From Squalus acanthias (lineage: Eukaryota), in assembly GCA_030390025.1 (NCBI GenBank), contig CM059431.1, forward strand, positions 148,492,001 through 148,556,000: a stretch of DNA of 64,000 nucleotides, written 5' to 3'. Positions 1-12,413 of this stretch are shown here, one piece after another. The notes under the pieces were generated by a model, which made no database searches, had not been told where the DNA came from, and saw nothing but the letters and a program-made list of their open reading frames with translations. The stretch's first letter is position 1; every line of letters starts with the position of its first letter. A program made the position numbers and the translations under genes.

Positions 1-1520
1 ACATACGGTGGGAGATAGAGAGAGAGAGAGACCAACAGGGGGACAGAGAGAAACATATGTTGGAAGATAGAGAGCCAGACCATCAGCGGGAAAGAGAGAG
101 AGAGAAAAACGGTGTGAGACAGAGAGAGAGAGACGAACAAGTGGGCAGAGAGAGACTTAGGGTGGGAGATAGAGAGAGAAAGACCAGAAGGAGGATAGAG
201 CGAGAGACATTGAGTAGGAAAGAGAGAGACAGAGACCAACATGGGGACAGAGAGGGACAAAGGGTGAGAGATAGTTAGAGAGAGAGAGAGAAACCTACAG
301 GGGGACAGAGTGAGACATACGGTTGTAGATAGAGAGAGAGACCAACAGCGGGACAGAGTGAGAAATAGGCTGGGAGATAGAGATAGAGATAGAGACCAAC
401 AGAGGGACAGAGAGAGACATACGGTTGGAGCTCGAGAGAGACCAACAGGGGGACAGAGAGAGGCATACGGTGGGAGATAGAGAGAGAGAGAGAGAGAGAG
501 ATAAACTGGGGGACAGAGAGAGAAATAGGGTGGGAGATAGAGAGCCAGACCTTCAGGGGGACAGAGAGAGAAACAAAGGGTGGGAGATATATAGAGAGAG
601 AGAGACCAACAGAGGGACAGAGAGAGACAAACGGTGGGAGTTAGAGAGAGAGAGAGAGACGAACAGGGGGACAGAGAGATTCATACGCTGGGAGAAAGAG
701 AGAGAGAGATCAACAGGGGGACAGAGAGAGACATACGGCGGGAGATAGAGAGATATACCACATAGGGACAGAGAGCGACATAGGGTGGGAGAGAGAGAGT
801 GAGAGAGAGACCAACAGGAGGACAGAGAGAGACATACAGTGGGAGATAGAGAGAGAGAGAGACCAACAGGGGGAAAGAGAGAGACATAGGGTGGGAGATA
901 CAGAGAGGCCAACAGGGGGACAGAGAGAGACATACGGTGGGAGATAGAGAGAGAGACCAACATGGGGACAGAGAGAGCCATACGGTGGGAGAGAGTGAGA
1001 GAGAGAGGGAGACCAGCATGGGGACAGAGAGAGACATAGGGTGGGAGATAGAGAGAGAGAGAGACCAACAGGGGGACAGAGAGCGACATAGGGTGGGAGA
1101 TAGAGAGAGAGAGAGAGAGAGAACAACAGGGGGACAGACTGAGACATAGGGTGAGAGTTAGAGAGAGAGCGAGAGACCAACAGGGGGACAGAGATTGAAA
1201 TACGGTGGGAGAGAGAGAAAGAGAGAGAGACCAACATGGAGACATTGAGAGACATACGGTGGGAGAGAGAGAGAAATCAACAGGGGGACAGAGAGAGACA
1301 TACGGTTGGAGAGAGAGAGAGCCCAACAGGGGAACAGAGTGAGACATAGGGTGGGAGATAGAGAGAGAGAGAGACCAACAGGGGGACAGAGAGAGGGAGA
1401 CATAGGGTGGGAGATAGAGAGAGCGAGATCAACAGGGGGACATCGAGAGAGAGTTAGGGTGAGAGATAGAGAGAGAGAGACCAACAGGGGGACAGAGTGA
1501 GACATATGGTGGGAGATAGA
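1..1520. repeat. GA-rich degenerate minisatellite, ~50 bp unit (gagaccaacagggggacagagagagacatacggtgggagatagagaga)
   Basis: Unit recurs throughout with variable (GA)n length; overlapping ORFs are ER/SL low-complexity. Confidence 0.9.
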
Positions 1521-2204
1521 CAGCGACAGGCAATATGGGGAGACAGACCGATGGGGATGGAGAGGGATGGAGACAGCCTAGGTCGAGTCAGATTGTGGGT
1601 GACAAAGAGAGAGACAGATAGGGCGGACAGAAGGGGGGAGGCAGACGGGGAGACAGAAAAAATCAGTCGGATTTGACGCAGAGAGAGATAAACAGACAGG
1701 GCTAGACAAATGAGGTGACACCGACGGTGGAGACCGACGGGGGAGAGAGTCGGGAATTCCAGACCAGTCAGGACGAGAGCTCTGGGAAGACAAAGAGAGA
1801 GTCAGACGGTAGTGGGCAGACGGGGAAGATTGGCGCGGGACACAGTGTAAGAGAGGTATATGGGGGAGTGTGAGCGGGAGACAAACGGGGCTAGAATGAC
1901 AGAGGTTGAGAGCAATATTGAAAGAGGCGGGGGAAGAGTAATAAGAATTCCTCTGGTTCCTCGCCATATATTTTCAGGATACTGAACCCCAGCTTTATTA
2001 CAGTCCACTCCCGGAGGCCCCTCTCCGTGAACCTACAATCTTCAGCAAGCTCAGTGGTGGGGTTCCGGTACAGGAGTGATCCCAGAGTAACTGTCGGCAT
2101 CGCACTCCCGTGGATGTTCTTGGTCGTGTAATTTTAGTAATCCTGGTGTCTAACAAGCATATATCAATCAAATAGGGTATTCCTGGAAACACGCTGCAGG
2201 TCCT

Positions 2205-2565
2205 TCTTTATCTGACAGAGTAGATGCAGGGAGCATGATTCCCCTGGCTGGGTAGTATAGAACGAGAGGTCACAGTCTCAGAATAAGGGGTCGGCCATTT
2301 AGGACTGTAATCAGGCGAGATTTCTTCACTCAGAGGGTGATGAATCTTTGGAAATCTCTACCCCAGAGGACGATGGAGGCTCAGTCGTTGAGTATATTTA
2401 AGAGAGTGATTGATAGATTTTTGGATATTAAGGGAATCAAGGGATATGGGGACAGTGCAGGAAAGTGCTGGTGAGGAAGAAAATCAGCCATGATCTTATT
2501 GAATGGCGGCGCAAGCTTGAAGAGCTGAATGGCCTACTCCTGCTCCTATTTATTATGTTCTTATT
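2205..2565 (+). mobile_element. CR1 LINE, 3' end fragment
   Basis: Decayed RGHSLRIRGRPFRT...FTQRVxNLW C-terminal coding, 3'UTR ending atggcctactcctgctcctattt..tatgttcttat. Confidence 0.85.
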
Positions 2566-2608
2566 TCTTCTTATCTGTTGTGGAAATGTCTGTTGAATAA
2601 TTGCACCA

Positions 2609-2886
2609 GCCTATACTGAAGGTAAAGAGTGATGGTGGGGTTCGATCCCAGTCACTGATTGCCTTCTAGTGCCTTGCCAAGTGGTAATACTGAGCTGCGA
2701 ACCTATAATGAAGGTGCAGCGTGATGGTGGGGTTCGGTCCCAGTCACTGTTTGCCCTCCACTAACTTGCCAATTGGTATTCCTGAGCTGCGAGCCTATAC
2801 TGAATGTGTTGCATGATGATGGGATTCGGCACCAGTCACTGTTTGCCCTCCAGTACCTTGCCAATTGGTAATTCTTAGCTGTGAGC
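2609..2886. repeat. 92-bp tandem repeat, 3 copies
   Basis: cctata(c/a)tgaa...ccagtcactg...cttgccaa...agctg starts at ~2609, 2701, 2793. Confidence 0.85.
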
Positions 2887-3389
2887 ATGTAAAGCAAACT
2901 GCCAGCATTTCTACCATGGGGATCAGCACAGCCTTTCAGGAAGTGCATTCCAGGACATAACAGCACGATGAGTAAACATTTTCCCCTCTTGTCACCTCCG
3001 GCTCCTTCACCAATTACCTTAAGTCCTACACCGCTGGTTACCGACCCTTCTGTCACTGGAAACAGTTTATCTTTATTAAGAGGACTGTAGGACTGGAGGA
3101 GGTCACAGAGATAGGGAGAGACGAGGCCATAAAGGGATTCGAACAAGTGGATGAGAATTCTACAGTCTGAATCCACCAGCCGTCTCTCCCAGTACAAAAT
3201 GTGTCTCACTGCTAACAGGAAGGATTTTACTTTAACTCCTAAAGATGCAGAAAGGTGAGACATTATCCCTCTCAATATTACAAATAGATGCATAATAAGG
3301 GGAAATCAATCTCTGTACCTTTAACTGACAGCGACATGGAAAGAGAGAAATGAATGAGCTTTAAACAACTGGTCGATAATCCATGACAA

Positions 3390-4300
3390 AAAGAACAGTC
3401 ACTTGGACAAGTGTGGATTAATGAATGAAACCCAGCACTGATTTGTTAAAGGGAATTCGTGTTTAACTAACTTGATTGAGTTTTTTGATGAGGTAACACA
3501 GAGGGTTGATAAGGACAATGCGGTTGATATGGTGTATATGGATTTCCAAAAGGCGTTTGATAAAATGCCACGTAATAGAATTGCCAGCGAAGGTGAAGCC
3601 AGGGGAATAAAGGAAACAGTGCCAGCATGAATACGAAATATATGTGCACAAATCGTTGAATGTGGCAGGGCAGGTTGCGAATGCGGTAAAAAAAAAACAC
3701 ATATGGGATCCTGGGCTTCATAAATAGAGGCATAGCACTGGTTCGGCCTCAATTGGAGTATTGTGTCCAATTCTGGACACCACACTTTAAGAAGGATGAT
3801 GAGGCCTCAGCGAGGGTGCAGAAAAGATTTACGAGAATGGTTCCAGGGATGAGGGACTTCAGTTACATGGATAGACTAGATAAGCTGGGGTTATTTTCCT
3901 TAGAACAGAGAAGCTTGAGAGGAGATTTGTTAGATGTTTTCAAAATCATGAGGTGTCTGGAGAGAGTAGATAGAGAGAACCTGTTCCCTTTGCGGATATC
4001 GAGAGCCAGAGGACACAGATTTAAGGTGATTGGCAAAAGAACCATCGGCGACATGAAGAAAAATATTTTTATGCAGCGAGTGGTTAATATCTTTAATGCA
4101 CTGCCTGAAAGGGTTTTGGAGGCAGACTCAATCGTGGCTTTCAAATGGGATTTGGATAAGCACCTGAAGGAAAACAAATGCTGGACTAGAAGGAAAGGGC
4201 GGGGGAGTGGGACTAGCTGAAGTGCTCTTGCAAAGAGCCGTCACGGGATCGACGGGCCGAATGGCCTCCTTCTGTGCTGTAACCATTCTATGATTCTATG
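3390..4300 (+). mobile_element. CR1 LINE fragment (RT part, internal deletion, 3' end)
   Basis: SCLTNLIEFF..DMVYMDFQKAFDK, then EYCVQFW..RGHRFKV; tail attctatgattctatg. Confidence 0.9.
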
Positions 4301-4859
4301 GTCCACTTGGCACTGAAGTGACTGAAACTCATAATATGAAATCCAGGAAAACACAACACAAACAAATGTTAAACTGTTTCCTTGACAAACGAAATCTCGA
4401 TTTAACCTTTAAACGATAAATTGTTTAACAAGGGTTCACACTGACTCACCTGACTGTCCGACTCAAGCACCGCGATTGGTTGCAGAAAACACTGTTCCCT
4501 TGACCTTCCGGCCTCTGAGGTCTCTTCCTGTTGGTTTCCAGGGCAATCGATCACCACTCGCCAACATTACGCTGCCAGATGAGGTTCAGGGGCTCAGAAG
4601 AAGAAAATAAATGAGGCCTTGAATCTGAGTTGGGAAGTACAATTCGAGAAGTATGATTCAATTCATAAACTAAACCATTTAATATACGTCTTCTGTGCCA
4701 AGTGCGAAACAAGTGATATCTGGGGCTGTGCAGGAGTGTTTGCGCCGGGTTACACTGCGTGATCGATGCTCTCCACTCCAAGTGAGCTTCTTTCAGCTCA
4801 CGGTCTCATTCACACATCCAGCTGACTGGATTAACCTCGCCCTTCTAAACCCATCACAT

Positions 4860-5270
4860 AAATAGCATTATTTGTTATTTTGCCTTCCTAAACCTTTATA
4901 AAACACTGGTTAATCCTCAGCTGGAGAATTGTGTACAATTCTGTGCGCCACCCTTTAGGAAGGATGTCAAGGCCTTAGAGAGGGTGCGGAGCAGATTTAC
5001 TAGAATGGTACCAGGGATGGGAGACTTTGGTTGTGTGGATAAACTGAAGCAGCTTATTGCATGGCGGAGCAGGCTCGAGGGGACGTATGGTCTACACTTC
5101 CTCTTATTTCTTATGTTATTAAGCTGGGGTAGTTCTCCTTGGAGCAGAGAAGTTTAAGAGGAAATTTAATAGATTAGTAAACAAGCAGAAACTGCTTCCA
5201 CTGGCAGAAGGGTCTGTAACCGGAGGACCCAGATATAAGGAGATTGGCAAAAAGAAACACAGGTGACGTT
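4860..5270 (+). mobile_element. CR1 fragment with a ~65 bp CR1 3'-tail nested at ~5054-5120
   Basis: PQLENCVQF..RKDVKALERV coding interrupted by tattgcatggcggagcagg...cttatgttatt, then resumes aagctgggg. Confidence 0.75.
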
Positions 5271-5378
5271 AAATGAGGCAGGGCCTGTGTGAAACCCGTT
5301 CTCCCGGGTTTCCCGCCCGTTGTACCAGCGACTCTCCCCCCTTGCCCCCAACCAACCAAAGCATTACAATTCAGGCCG

Positions 5379-5525
5379 TTAACTCTGTTTCTCTCTCTGA
5401 CACCTCCCCTCGCCCCCGCCCGCACACCCCACCCCACAGATACTGCATGAATTGCTCAGCATATGCAGCACTTTTCTCTCTTTATTTCAGGTTTCCAGCC
5501 TCTGCAGTATTTTGCTTTGGTTTTA
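5379..5525 (+). mobile_element. Penelope-like element terminal fragment
   Basis: gttaactctg...tttcaggtttccagcctctgcagta matches the terminus downstream of the GIY-YIG ORF at 35555-35650 (reverse complement). Confidence 0.65.
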
Positions 5526-5892
5526 TTGCAGGCGTCGCTCGCAGAACCGAGTCTGGAATCACAGGCGGACCAATTAAGTGCCGGTTTGCACCAGGGTGGG
5601 CGTTGGATGCAGAAGTTGGTCCCTCGCCTCCCGTGAAGGTCTTTTTTGTTGCGTCAGTTTGAGCTGGAATGGAGATGGTTGAGAAGCTGCTGGTTTTAAC
5701 GCCGGGTACCTTTGAGCCCAATGGGGCCCAACAATTTCCAATGTGAGAGTTGCAAAGGAGGTAGATTCTTGGGGAGATTAGTTTGTTAAACAGACACTGT
5801 CCGTACAATGTAAGAGGTTATTGTTTTAGTAACAAGTATTTCTGTAGAGGCTTATAATCCATTTTACATGTCCAGATTTTTAAATTAATTAT

Positions 5893-6215
5893 TGGGTTGT
5901 GGGCATCGCTGACAATGCCAGCATTTATTGCCCATCCATAATTGCCCTTAAGAAGGTGCTGGTGTGCCACCTTCGTGAACCGCTGCAGTCCGTGTGGTGT
6001 AGGTGCTCCCACAGTGCTGTTAGGGAGGGAGTTCCAGGATTTTGACCCAGCGACGTTGAAGGAACAGCGATATACTTCTAAGTCAGGAAGGTGTGTGACT
6101 TGGACGGGAGCATCAATGTGATGGTGTTCCCATGCACCTGCTGCCATTGTCCTTCTAGGTATTGGAGGTCGCTGGTTTGGGAGGTGCTGTCAAATTTCTG
6201 GTGAAGTTGCACATG
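5893..6215 (-). mobile_element. CR1-clade LINE family B, 3' end
   Basis: AGSKSWNSLPNSTVGAPTPHGLQRF; same terminus as 61710-61950 and 28510-28700. Confidence 0.8.
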
Positions 6216-6284
6216 TACAATGTCCCTCGACTTCGCCCCGTCCCACCTCTCTGTCTCTGCTCCCATAGAGGCCAGAGTCATGTG

Positions 6285-6440
6285 TGGCCCTGACCGGTTG
6301 ACGGGTTCCCTTCCCTGAAGGACATTAGTGAACCAGTTGGGTTTTATGACAATCGGCAGCTTTCATGGTCATTTTTTTCTCGTGTCGACCCCACACATAT
6401 CCAGACTCATTAAGCTCAATTTCACAACATGCCCTTGGCC
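6285..6440 (-). mobile_element. tRNA-derived SINE fragment (same family as 44670-45100)
   Basis: cttccctgaaggacattagtgaaccagttggg...ttcatggtc shared with 44885-44950. Confidence 0.6.
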
Positions 6441-6603
6441 TTCTGTGGGCTCACTCTCACGCTCACTTTTTCCTGTTTTAAATTAATTTTACAGGGTGTT
6501 CGAGGAGGAAGATTTGCACTAAGGAAGCTCAACGTAAACATCAGGTCAAGATCTGACAGAGTCAATCGATTCAACGGGTCCTGAATATCAGCAGCCTTTG
6601 AAT

Positions 6604-7107
6604 ATGGAAGCAAAAAGCACCGTTCTGTGAGTGGACGAGGATTCAGCCGACCCACTGACCTGTCGAGACACAAGCTCAGTCACACTGGGGAGAGGCCGTT
6701 CACCTGCTCCGTTTGTCGGAATGGATTCACTCAGTCATCCACCCTGCTGACACAGCAGCGAGTTCACACTGGGGAGAGGCCGTTCACCTGCTCCGTGTGT
6801 GGGAATGGAAAAACTGCGTCACCCACCCTCCTGACACACCAGCGGGTTCACACTGGTGAGCGGCCGTTCAGCTGCTCCGTGTGTGGGAAGGGATTCACTC
6901 AGTCACCCACACTGCTGACACACCAGCGGGTTCACACTGGAGAGGCCGTTCACCTTCTCTGTGTGCGGAAAGGGATTCACTCAGTCATCCACCTTGCTGA
7001 GACACTAGCGAGTTCACACTGGGGAGAGGCCGTTCACCTACTTTGAGTGTGGGAAGGGGTTAATTTCTACATCCAGCCAGCTAACACAACAGCGAGTACA
7101 CAACTGA
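6604..7107 (+). pseudogene. C2H2 (Kruppel-type) zinc-finger pseudogene, about 6 fingers
   Basis: Repeated HTGERPFxCxxCGxGFTQS..L..HQRVH; first finger truncated, 2-nt frameshift at ~6940, in-frame TAG at ~7006, Cys/His losses; acceptor tttacag at 6488-6494 and AATAAA at 7253. Confidence 0.88.
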
Positions 7108-7899
7108 CATCATAGGTTGGATTCTGCTGTATTTGCTGCTGTTACTTACATCCAAGACCGAACAATGTTCACTCTGACAGTTGGGGGTTGTTTCTGCTGA
7201 TGTTAGTAACTCCTGTAACTGGGCAGGAGTTTAATATGCTGTATAAATTTCAAATAAATCTGTTTGTTTTAAACACATCATTGTAGATTGTCGTCTTTCC
7301 CAACTGGGTGTTTAGCATCACCTGGCTGGAGCTCAGAAAGGAAAATCTGGGGGGAGGATCGCACGGCGGGAACAGGTCTTCAGTTTGGACACATTCATTA
7401 AAGGCCACACTGAGAGGGGAAAACGGCACTTTGGTCTTTCTCGTCTCTCTTCACTGACAGCAAAATCCCCATGCGGTTTAATCTTGAGGCGTGTAAGAAA
7501 TGTGTCCCAGCTGCTCTCTTCCATGGTTCAGAGCTCCTCAGCACGAAACAGAAGCCTCCATTACAGCTGTGTTTAGAATCAGGAAGAACAACGGTGAATG
7601 CTGGACACGTGCTGTCAAATCAGAGATTGATGTAAAATTGCAATCTGTTCCTGAGTTAAAGTGAAACGGCAGGTTTCAGTTTCCAGTCTAAAAATGACTG
7701 TGGTTATTATTCCATGAAGATTTAATGTGTTTGTGTGACAGTCCTGGGACTACCATTTTAAGGCAGGTGTTAACTCATTTAACATAAACTCATTTCAATT
7801 TGCTTAAAGTCTGCATTAACATAGGAGAGTGGAGAGTTCACAGGTGCCTGTTTACTGTTGGTACATTTAATGAACAGACATTTGATCTCCAGCTGAAGA

Positions 7900-8385
7900 A
7901 GGACCTGCAGCGGATTTCAGCCCAACTGGTCTGTGCCGGTGTTTATGCTCTATTCAAGCCTCCGCCCATCCCTCTTCTTCTAAACTAATTAGCACAATAA
8001 ACTATTCCTATCTCCCTTATGTGTTGATCGAGCTTCTCCTTAAAGGCATCTATGCTATTCGCCTCAACTACTCCCTGTGGTAGCGAATTCCACATTCTCA
8101 CCACTAGCAGAAAGTTTCTCCTGAATTCCCTATTGGATTTATTAATGACAATCTTATATTGATGGCCTCTAGATTTTGACTTCCACAAGTGAAAACATTT
8201 TCATCAAGACCACCCTTTATAACCTTTTTCATAATATTAAATACCTCTACCAGGTCACCCATCAGCCTTCTCTTTTTTCGGGTGAAAAGAGCCCAGCCTG
8301 TTCAGCCTTTCCTGATAAGTGTATCCTCTCAGAACCAGGATCATCCTTCCTAATGTTTCTACCACCTTCTCCAGTGCCTCTATAT
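7900..8385 (-). mobile_element. CR1 LINE 3' fragment
   Basis: SRGHQYKIV...RMWNSLPQGVVEANSIDAFK on minus strand. Confidence 0.8.
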
Positions 8386-8800
8386 CAAAGGGAACAGAGG
8401 AGGCTGAGGGGAGACGTAATTGAGGTGTATATAATTATGAGGGCAATTGAGCGAGTTGATAGGAAGGACCTATTTCCCTTAGCTGAAGTGTCAATACCAA
8501 GGGGGCATAGATTTAACCTAATTGGTAGGAAGTTTAGGGGGGAGTTAAGGAGAAATGTTTTCACCCAGATACTGGTGGGGGTCTGGACCTCTCTGTGTGA
8601 ATGGGTGGTAGAGGCAGAGAACCCCATTTCTTTTGAAAAGTACTTGGATATGCACTTGAAGGGCCATAAATTACAAGGCTACGGAGCAAGTGTTGGAAAG
8701 TGCAATTAAGGTGGATAGCTCTTTGTCGGCAGCACGGACACGATGGGCCGAATGGCCTCCTTCTGTGCTGTGAATTTCTATGCTTCTGTGATTCTATGAC
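8386..8800 (+). mobile_element. CR1 LINE 3' fragment
   Basis: EQRRLRGDVIEVY..RGHRFNL; tail ttctatgcttctgtgattctatga. Confidence 0.85.
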
Positions 8801-9055
8801 TGTTGATGGAGCCTTACCCTGAATCTAACCCGTGCTATGCCTGCCCTTGGTGTATTTTATGGGACAGTGCAGAGGGAGCAATAATATAGAGAGTCACCAG
8901 CAGAGGGGGGCAGGGAGAGGTATGCAGCTGAGTGAGCAATGATACAGAGAGACACCATCAGAGGGAAATAGATAAAGGTGAGACTGGGCACTGTGATACA
9001 GAGAGACCCCAGCAGAGGGAGATAGATAAAGGTGAGACTGAGTGCTGTGATACAT

Positions 9056-9543
9056 GATGCGGAGATAGCGGGTTAGCGTTCCCCAAGGCGGCCTTCGAGA
9101 CACACGACAACGCAAAATCATCGTGCAGAAACTGATAGCCAAGTTCCGCACCCATGAGGACGGCCTCAATAGGGATATTGGGTTTGTGTCACGCTACAGA
9201 ACGTGACTCGACATCGTTGTCTGTCTACCCAGTTTAAAAAAAAACACAACAAAAAAACAAAAAAAAGGTTAAAAGGTCAACTGCAGACGGCAGGATTTGA
9301 CACGTTGGAGCCCCTGTGACCCATCTCATTGTCTTGGCTGTGCTCTGTTGTGTCTTTGATGTAATGCCTCCCTGAAAGATTGTATCTCTGCAGACAAATT
9401 GCTTTCTGTGTTTATATACTGTGTAATACTGTAGATTCCCTCATTGTACCTTTACCTGACGAAGGGGCAACAGCTCCGAAAGCTTGTAATTTTAAATAAA
9501 TCTGTTGGACTATAACCAGGTGTTGTGCGACTTCTCATTTTTT
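9056..9543 (+). mobile_element. Penelope-like element 3' end (GIY-YIG C-terminus plus terminal region)
   Basis: RVSVPQGGLRDTRQRKIIVQKLIAKFRTHEDGLNRDIGF at ~9068-9186, followed by a hammerhead motif. Confidence 0.85.
9452..9489 (+). ncRNA. Minimal type I hammerhead ribozyme motif (intact core)
   Basis: ttac-CTGACGA-A-GGGGC(AACA)GCTCC-GAAA-GCTT-gtaa: stem I ttac/gtaa, 5-bp stem II, palindromic AGCT helix III. Confidence 0.85.
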
Positions 9544-9679
9544 GTGTGATACAGAGAGACACCAGCAGAGGGAGACAAATAAACGTGAAACTGATTACTG
9601 TGATACAATGAGACACCAGCAGATGGAGATAGAGAAAGGTGAGACTGAGCACTGTGAAACAGAAAGACACCAGCAGAGA

Positions 9680-10240
9680 CACCTGGAGTATTGTGCACAG
9701 TTTTGGTCTCCTTACCTCATGATGGATATACTTGCCTTAGAGGGAGTGCAACGAAGGTTCACCAGACTGGTTCCTGGGATGGGGGCATTGCCCTATGAGG
9801 AAAGATTGAGTAGACTAGGCCTCTATTTCCTAGAGTTTAGTGGAATGAGAGGTGATCTCATTGAAACATAGAACATTCTTATAGGGCTTGACAGGGCACT
9901 TGCTGAGAGGATGTTTCACCTGGCTGTGGAGGCCGAGAACCAAGGGTCACAGTCTCAGAATAAGGGGTCAGCCATTTAGGACTGAGATGAGACATTTCTT
10001 CACTCAGAGGGTGGTGAATCTTTGGAATTCTCTACCCCAGAGGGCTGTGGAGGCTCAGTCGTTGAGTATATTCAAGACAGAGAGCGATATATTTTTGAAT
10101 ATTAGGGGAATCAAGGGATATGGGGAAAGTGCAGGAAAGTGGAGATGATGTACGAGATCAGCCATGATCTTATGGAATGGTGGAGCAGGCTCGAAGAGCC
10201 AAATGACCGACTCCTGCTCCTATTTCTTATGTTGTTCTGA
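9680..10240 (+). mobile_element. CR1 LINE 3' fragment
   Basis: HLEYCAQFWSPYL..ALEGVQRRFTRL..RVVNLWNSLPQ and 3'UTR. Confidence 0.9.
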
Positions 10241-10739
10241 TCTTAAGTGCGGGTTCAGAGCAAATGGGTGGCTGTGCAAGTGTAAGAAATGCAGAGTGAA
10301 CGAAACGAGGGAAGCGCCAGAGGTTTCTATTGAGAGCTGCCAGTGAGAACACTGCTGCCCAGGGAGGAGACGCTTGGGCAAACCATGCTTGCAGTGACTC
10401 TCAGGCTGTTCCTCCATCGCAAACCCAGCTCCCAACAGCCGATTTTACAACTCCAACGAATTTCGCCAGATTTAAACGTTGGAGGGTTTCAAGGGAATTC
10501 TGATTTTTGCAGTATGGAGAAAGGATTGTTTTAAAAATGCCACATTCCCAAACAACGTTTAAAGAAATAAATACATGATTTTATTTAACCAGTCGGGCAG
10601 CAGGTTGATGAGAAACTCCATTGAAATGTAGCAGCGGTGCTGATTTCTGTGCAATATCAGCAAGCTGGCTCATTTCAGTCAGAGTTCCAAACGCCAACAG
10701 CTGCTCTGTGAAAAGTTGCCAGCGGTTTTTACCGGCCAA

Positions 10740-10860
10740 CTTGATGCCGCGGTTGATTGACAGCCGCACCAGCCAATCCAGTGCGAACCGGTCTTGCACG
10801 GTACCCAATGGGCGGTGAGCGGTGCACAGTCCGGTGATTGACAGGTCGGATCCGGAGCGA
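10740..10860. promoter_or_regulatory. Candidate promoter/enhancer: two TGATTGACAG (Pbx/Prep decamer), two CCAAT boxes, GC box
   Basis: TGATTGACAG at 10754 and 10835, CCAAT at 10773 and 10805, GGGCGG at 10810, CpG-retaining unique DNA. Confidence 0.5.
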
Positions 10861-12360
10861 GTGTTTGGGAAGCTTTTCATACAGGGATCAAACTTCAAAT
10901 GGAAATTTTGCTGATTTTGTGGGGATATTTTGCTGATGCGCGTTGTGCATATTTAAAAATATATATTTTTTTTCAGAGATGTCATGATGGATTCTTCCAT
11001 ATAGCCTCAATTTAGAAATAGAAAGTGGTGAGAATGTGAAACGTCCTCCCGCCTCGCTCTCTCTCTCACCCTCAGTGTCCCGCTCTCTCTCCCCGCATCG
11101 CTCTCTCACCCCCAGTCTCTTTCTCTATATAATACCCCCAGTCTCTCTCTCTCACCCCCAGTCGCTCTCTACCCAGTCTCCCTCTATCACCCCCAGTCTC
11201 TCTGTCCCCAGTCTCTCTCTCTCTCTCGCAACCAATCTCTCTCTTCACCAGTCTCTCTCTCTCTCTCCAGTCTTTCTCACTCTGCCCCAGTCCTACTCCC
11301 CGCCTGTCTACCACTCACTCCCCAGTCACTCTCTCCCCAGTCAATCTCTCTCCTGTCTCTCTCTCCCCCAGTCTCTCACTCTCTCCCCCGTCTCTCTCTC
11401 TTTCAAGTCACTCTCCCTCCACCAGCCTCTCTCGCTCTCTCCCAGTCATTCTCTCTTTCCAGTCTCTCTCTCGCCGCAATCTCTCTCTAACCCCCGTCTC
11501 CACTCTCTCCAGTCCCTCTCTATCTATCTTTCCCCCAGTCTCTCTCAGTCCCAGTCTCTCTCCCTCTCCCCCAATTTCTCTCTCTCCCCCGAATCTCACT
11601 CTCTCCAGTCTCTCTCTCTCCCCATTCTCTCTCTCGCCGAATCTCTCTCTCTCCCTAGTCTCTCACTCTCTCCTTGTACCTCCATCTCCCCCAGTCTCTC
11701 GCTCTCTCTCCCCAGTCTCTCTCTCTCCCACATTCTCTTTCTCTCTCCCCAGTATCTTTCTCTCCCCCAGTCTCTCTCACTCCCAGTCTCTTTCTCACAC
11801 CCAGTCTCTCTTTCACTCCGCCAGATTCTCTCTCTCTCCAGTCTCTCTCTCTCCCCGTCTCTCTCTCAACCAATCTCTCTCTCTCTTTCTCCCCAGTCTT
11901 TCTCTCGCACAATCTCCCCCTCTCCCCCAGTCTCTCTCTGTCCAGTCTCTCTCCCAACCCCGATCTCTCTCTCTCTCCAGTCTCTCTCTCCCCAGTCTCC
12001 CTGTCTCCCCAGTCTCACTCTCCCCAACCTCCCGCTCTCTGCAGTCGCTCTCTCTCTCTCTCTCTCACCCCCAGTCTCTCTCTCCCCAATCTCTCTCTCG
12101 CTAGTCTTTCTCACCCCAGTCTCTCTCTCTCCCCCTGACCCTCAATCACTCCAGTCTCTCTCCCTCCCCCAATCTCTCTCTCCCCAGTCCATCTCTCTCC
12201 CCCGTCACTCTCTCTCTCTAGTCTCTCTCTAGCCCCCGTCTTCACTATCTCCAGTCCCTCTCACTCCCCAGTCTCTCTCAATCTCCAGTCTCTCTCTCTC
12301 TCCCACAGTCTCTCTGACCCCCAGTATCTCTCTATCCCCCAGTCTGTACTATCGGCCCCA

Positions 12361-12413
<53 letters not shown>

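Larger units (their letters stand above)
8890..9685. repeat. 54-bp minisatellite split by a Penelope fragment
   Basis: gatacagagagacaccagcagagggagatagataaaggtgagactgagcactgt at 8941, 8995 and again 9548-9680. Confidence 0.8.

Noticed and set aside
1971..2079. Possible terminal exon (ttttcag|DTEPQLYYSPLPEAPLREPTIFSKLSGGVPVQE*)
   Set aside because: No recognisable homology or partner exon; cannot be supported without a search
5365..5395. Hammerhead upstream of the Penelope terminus
   Set aside because: Only cgttaact remains; catalytic core absent
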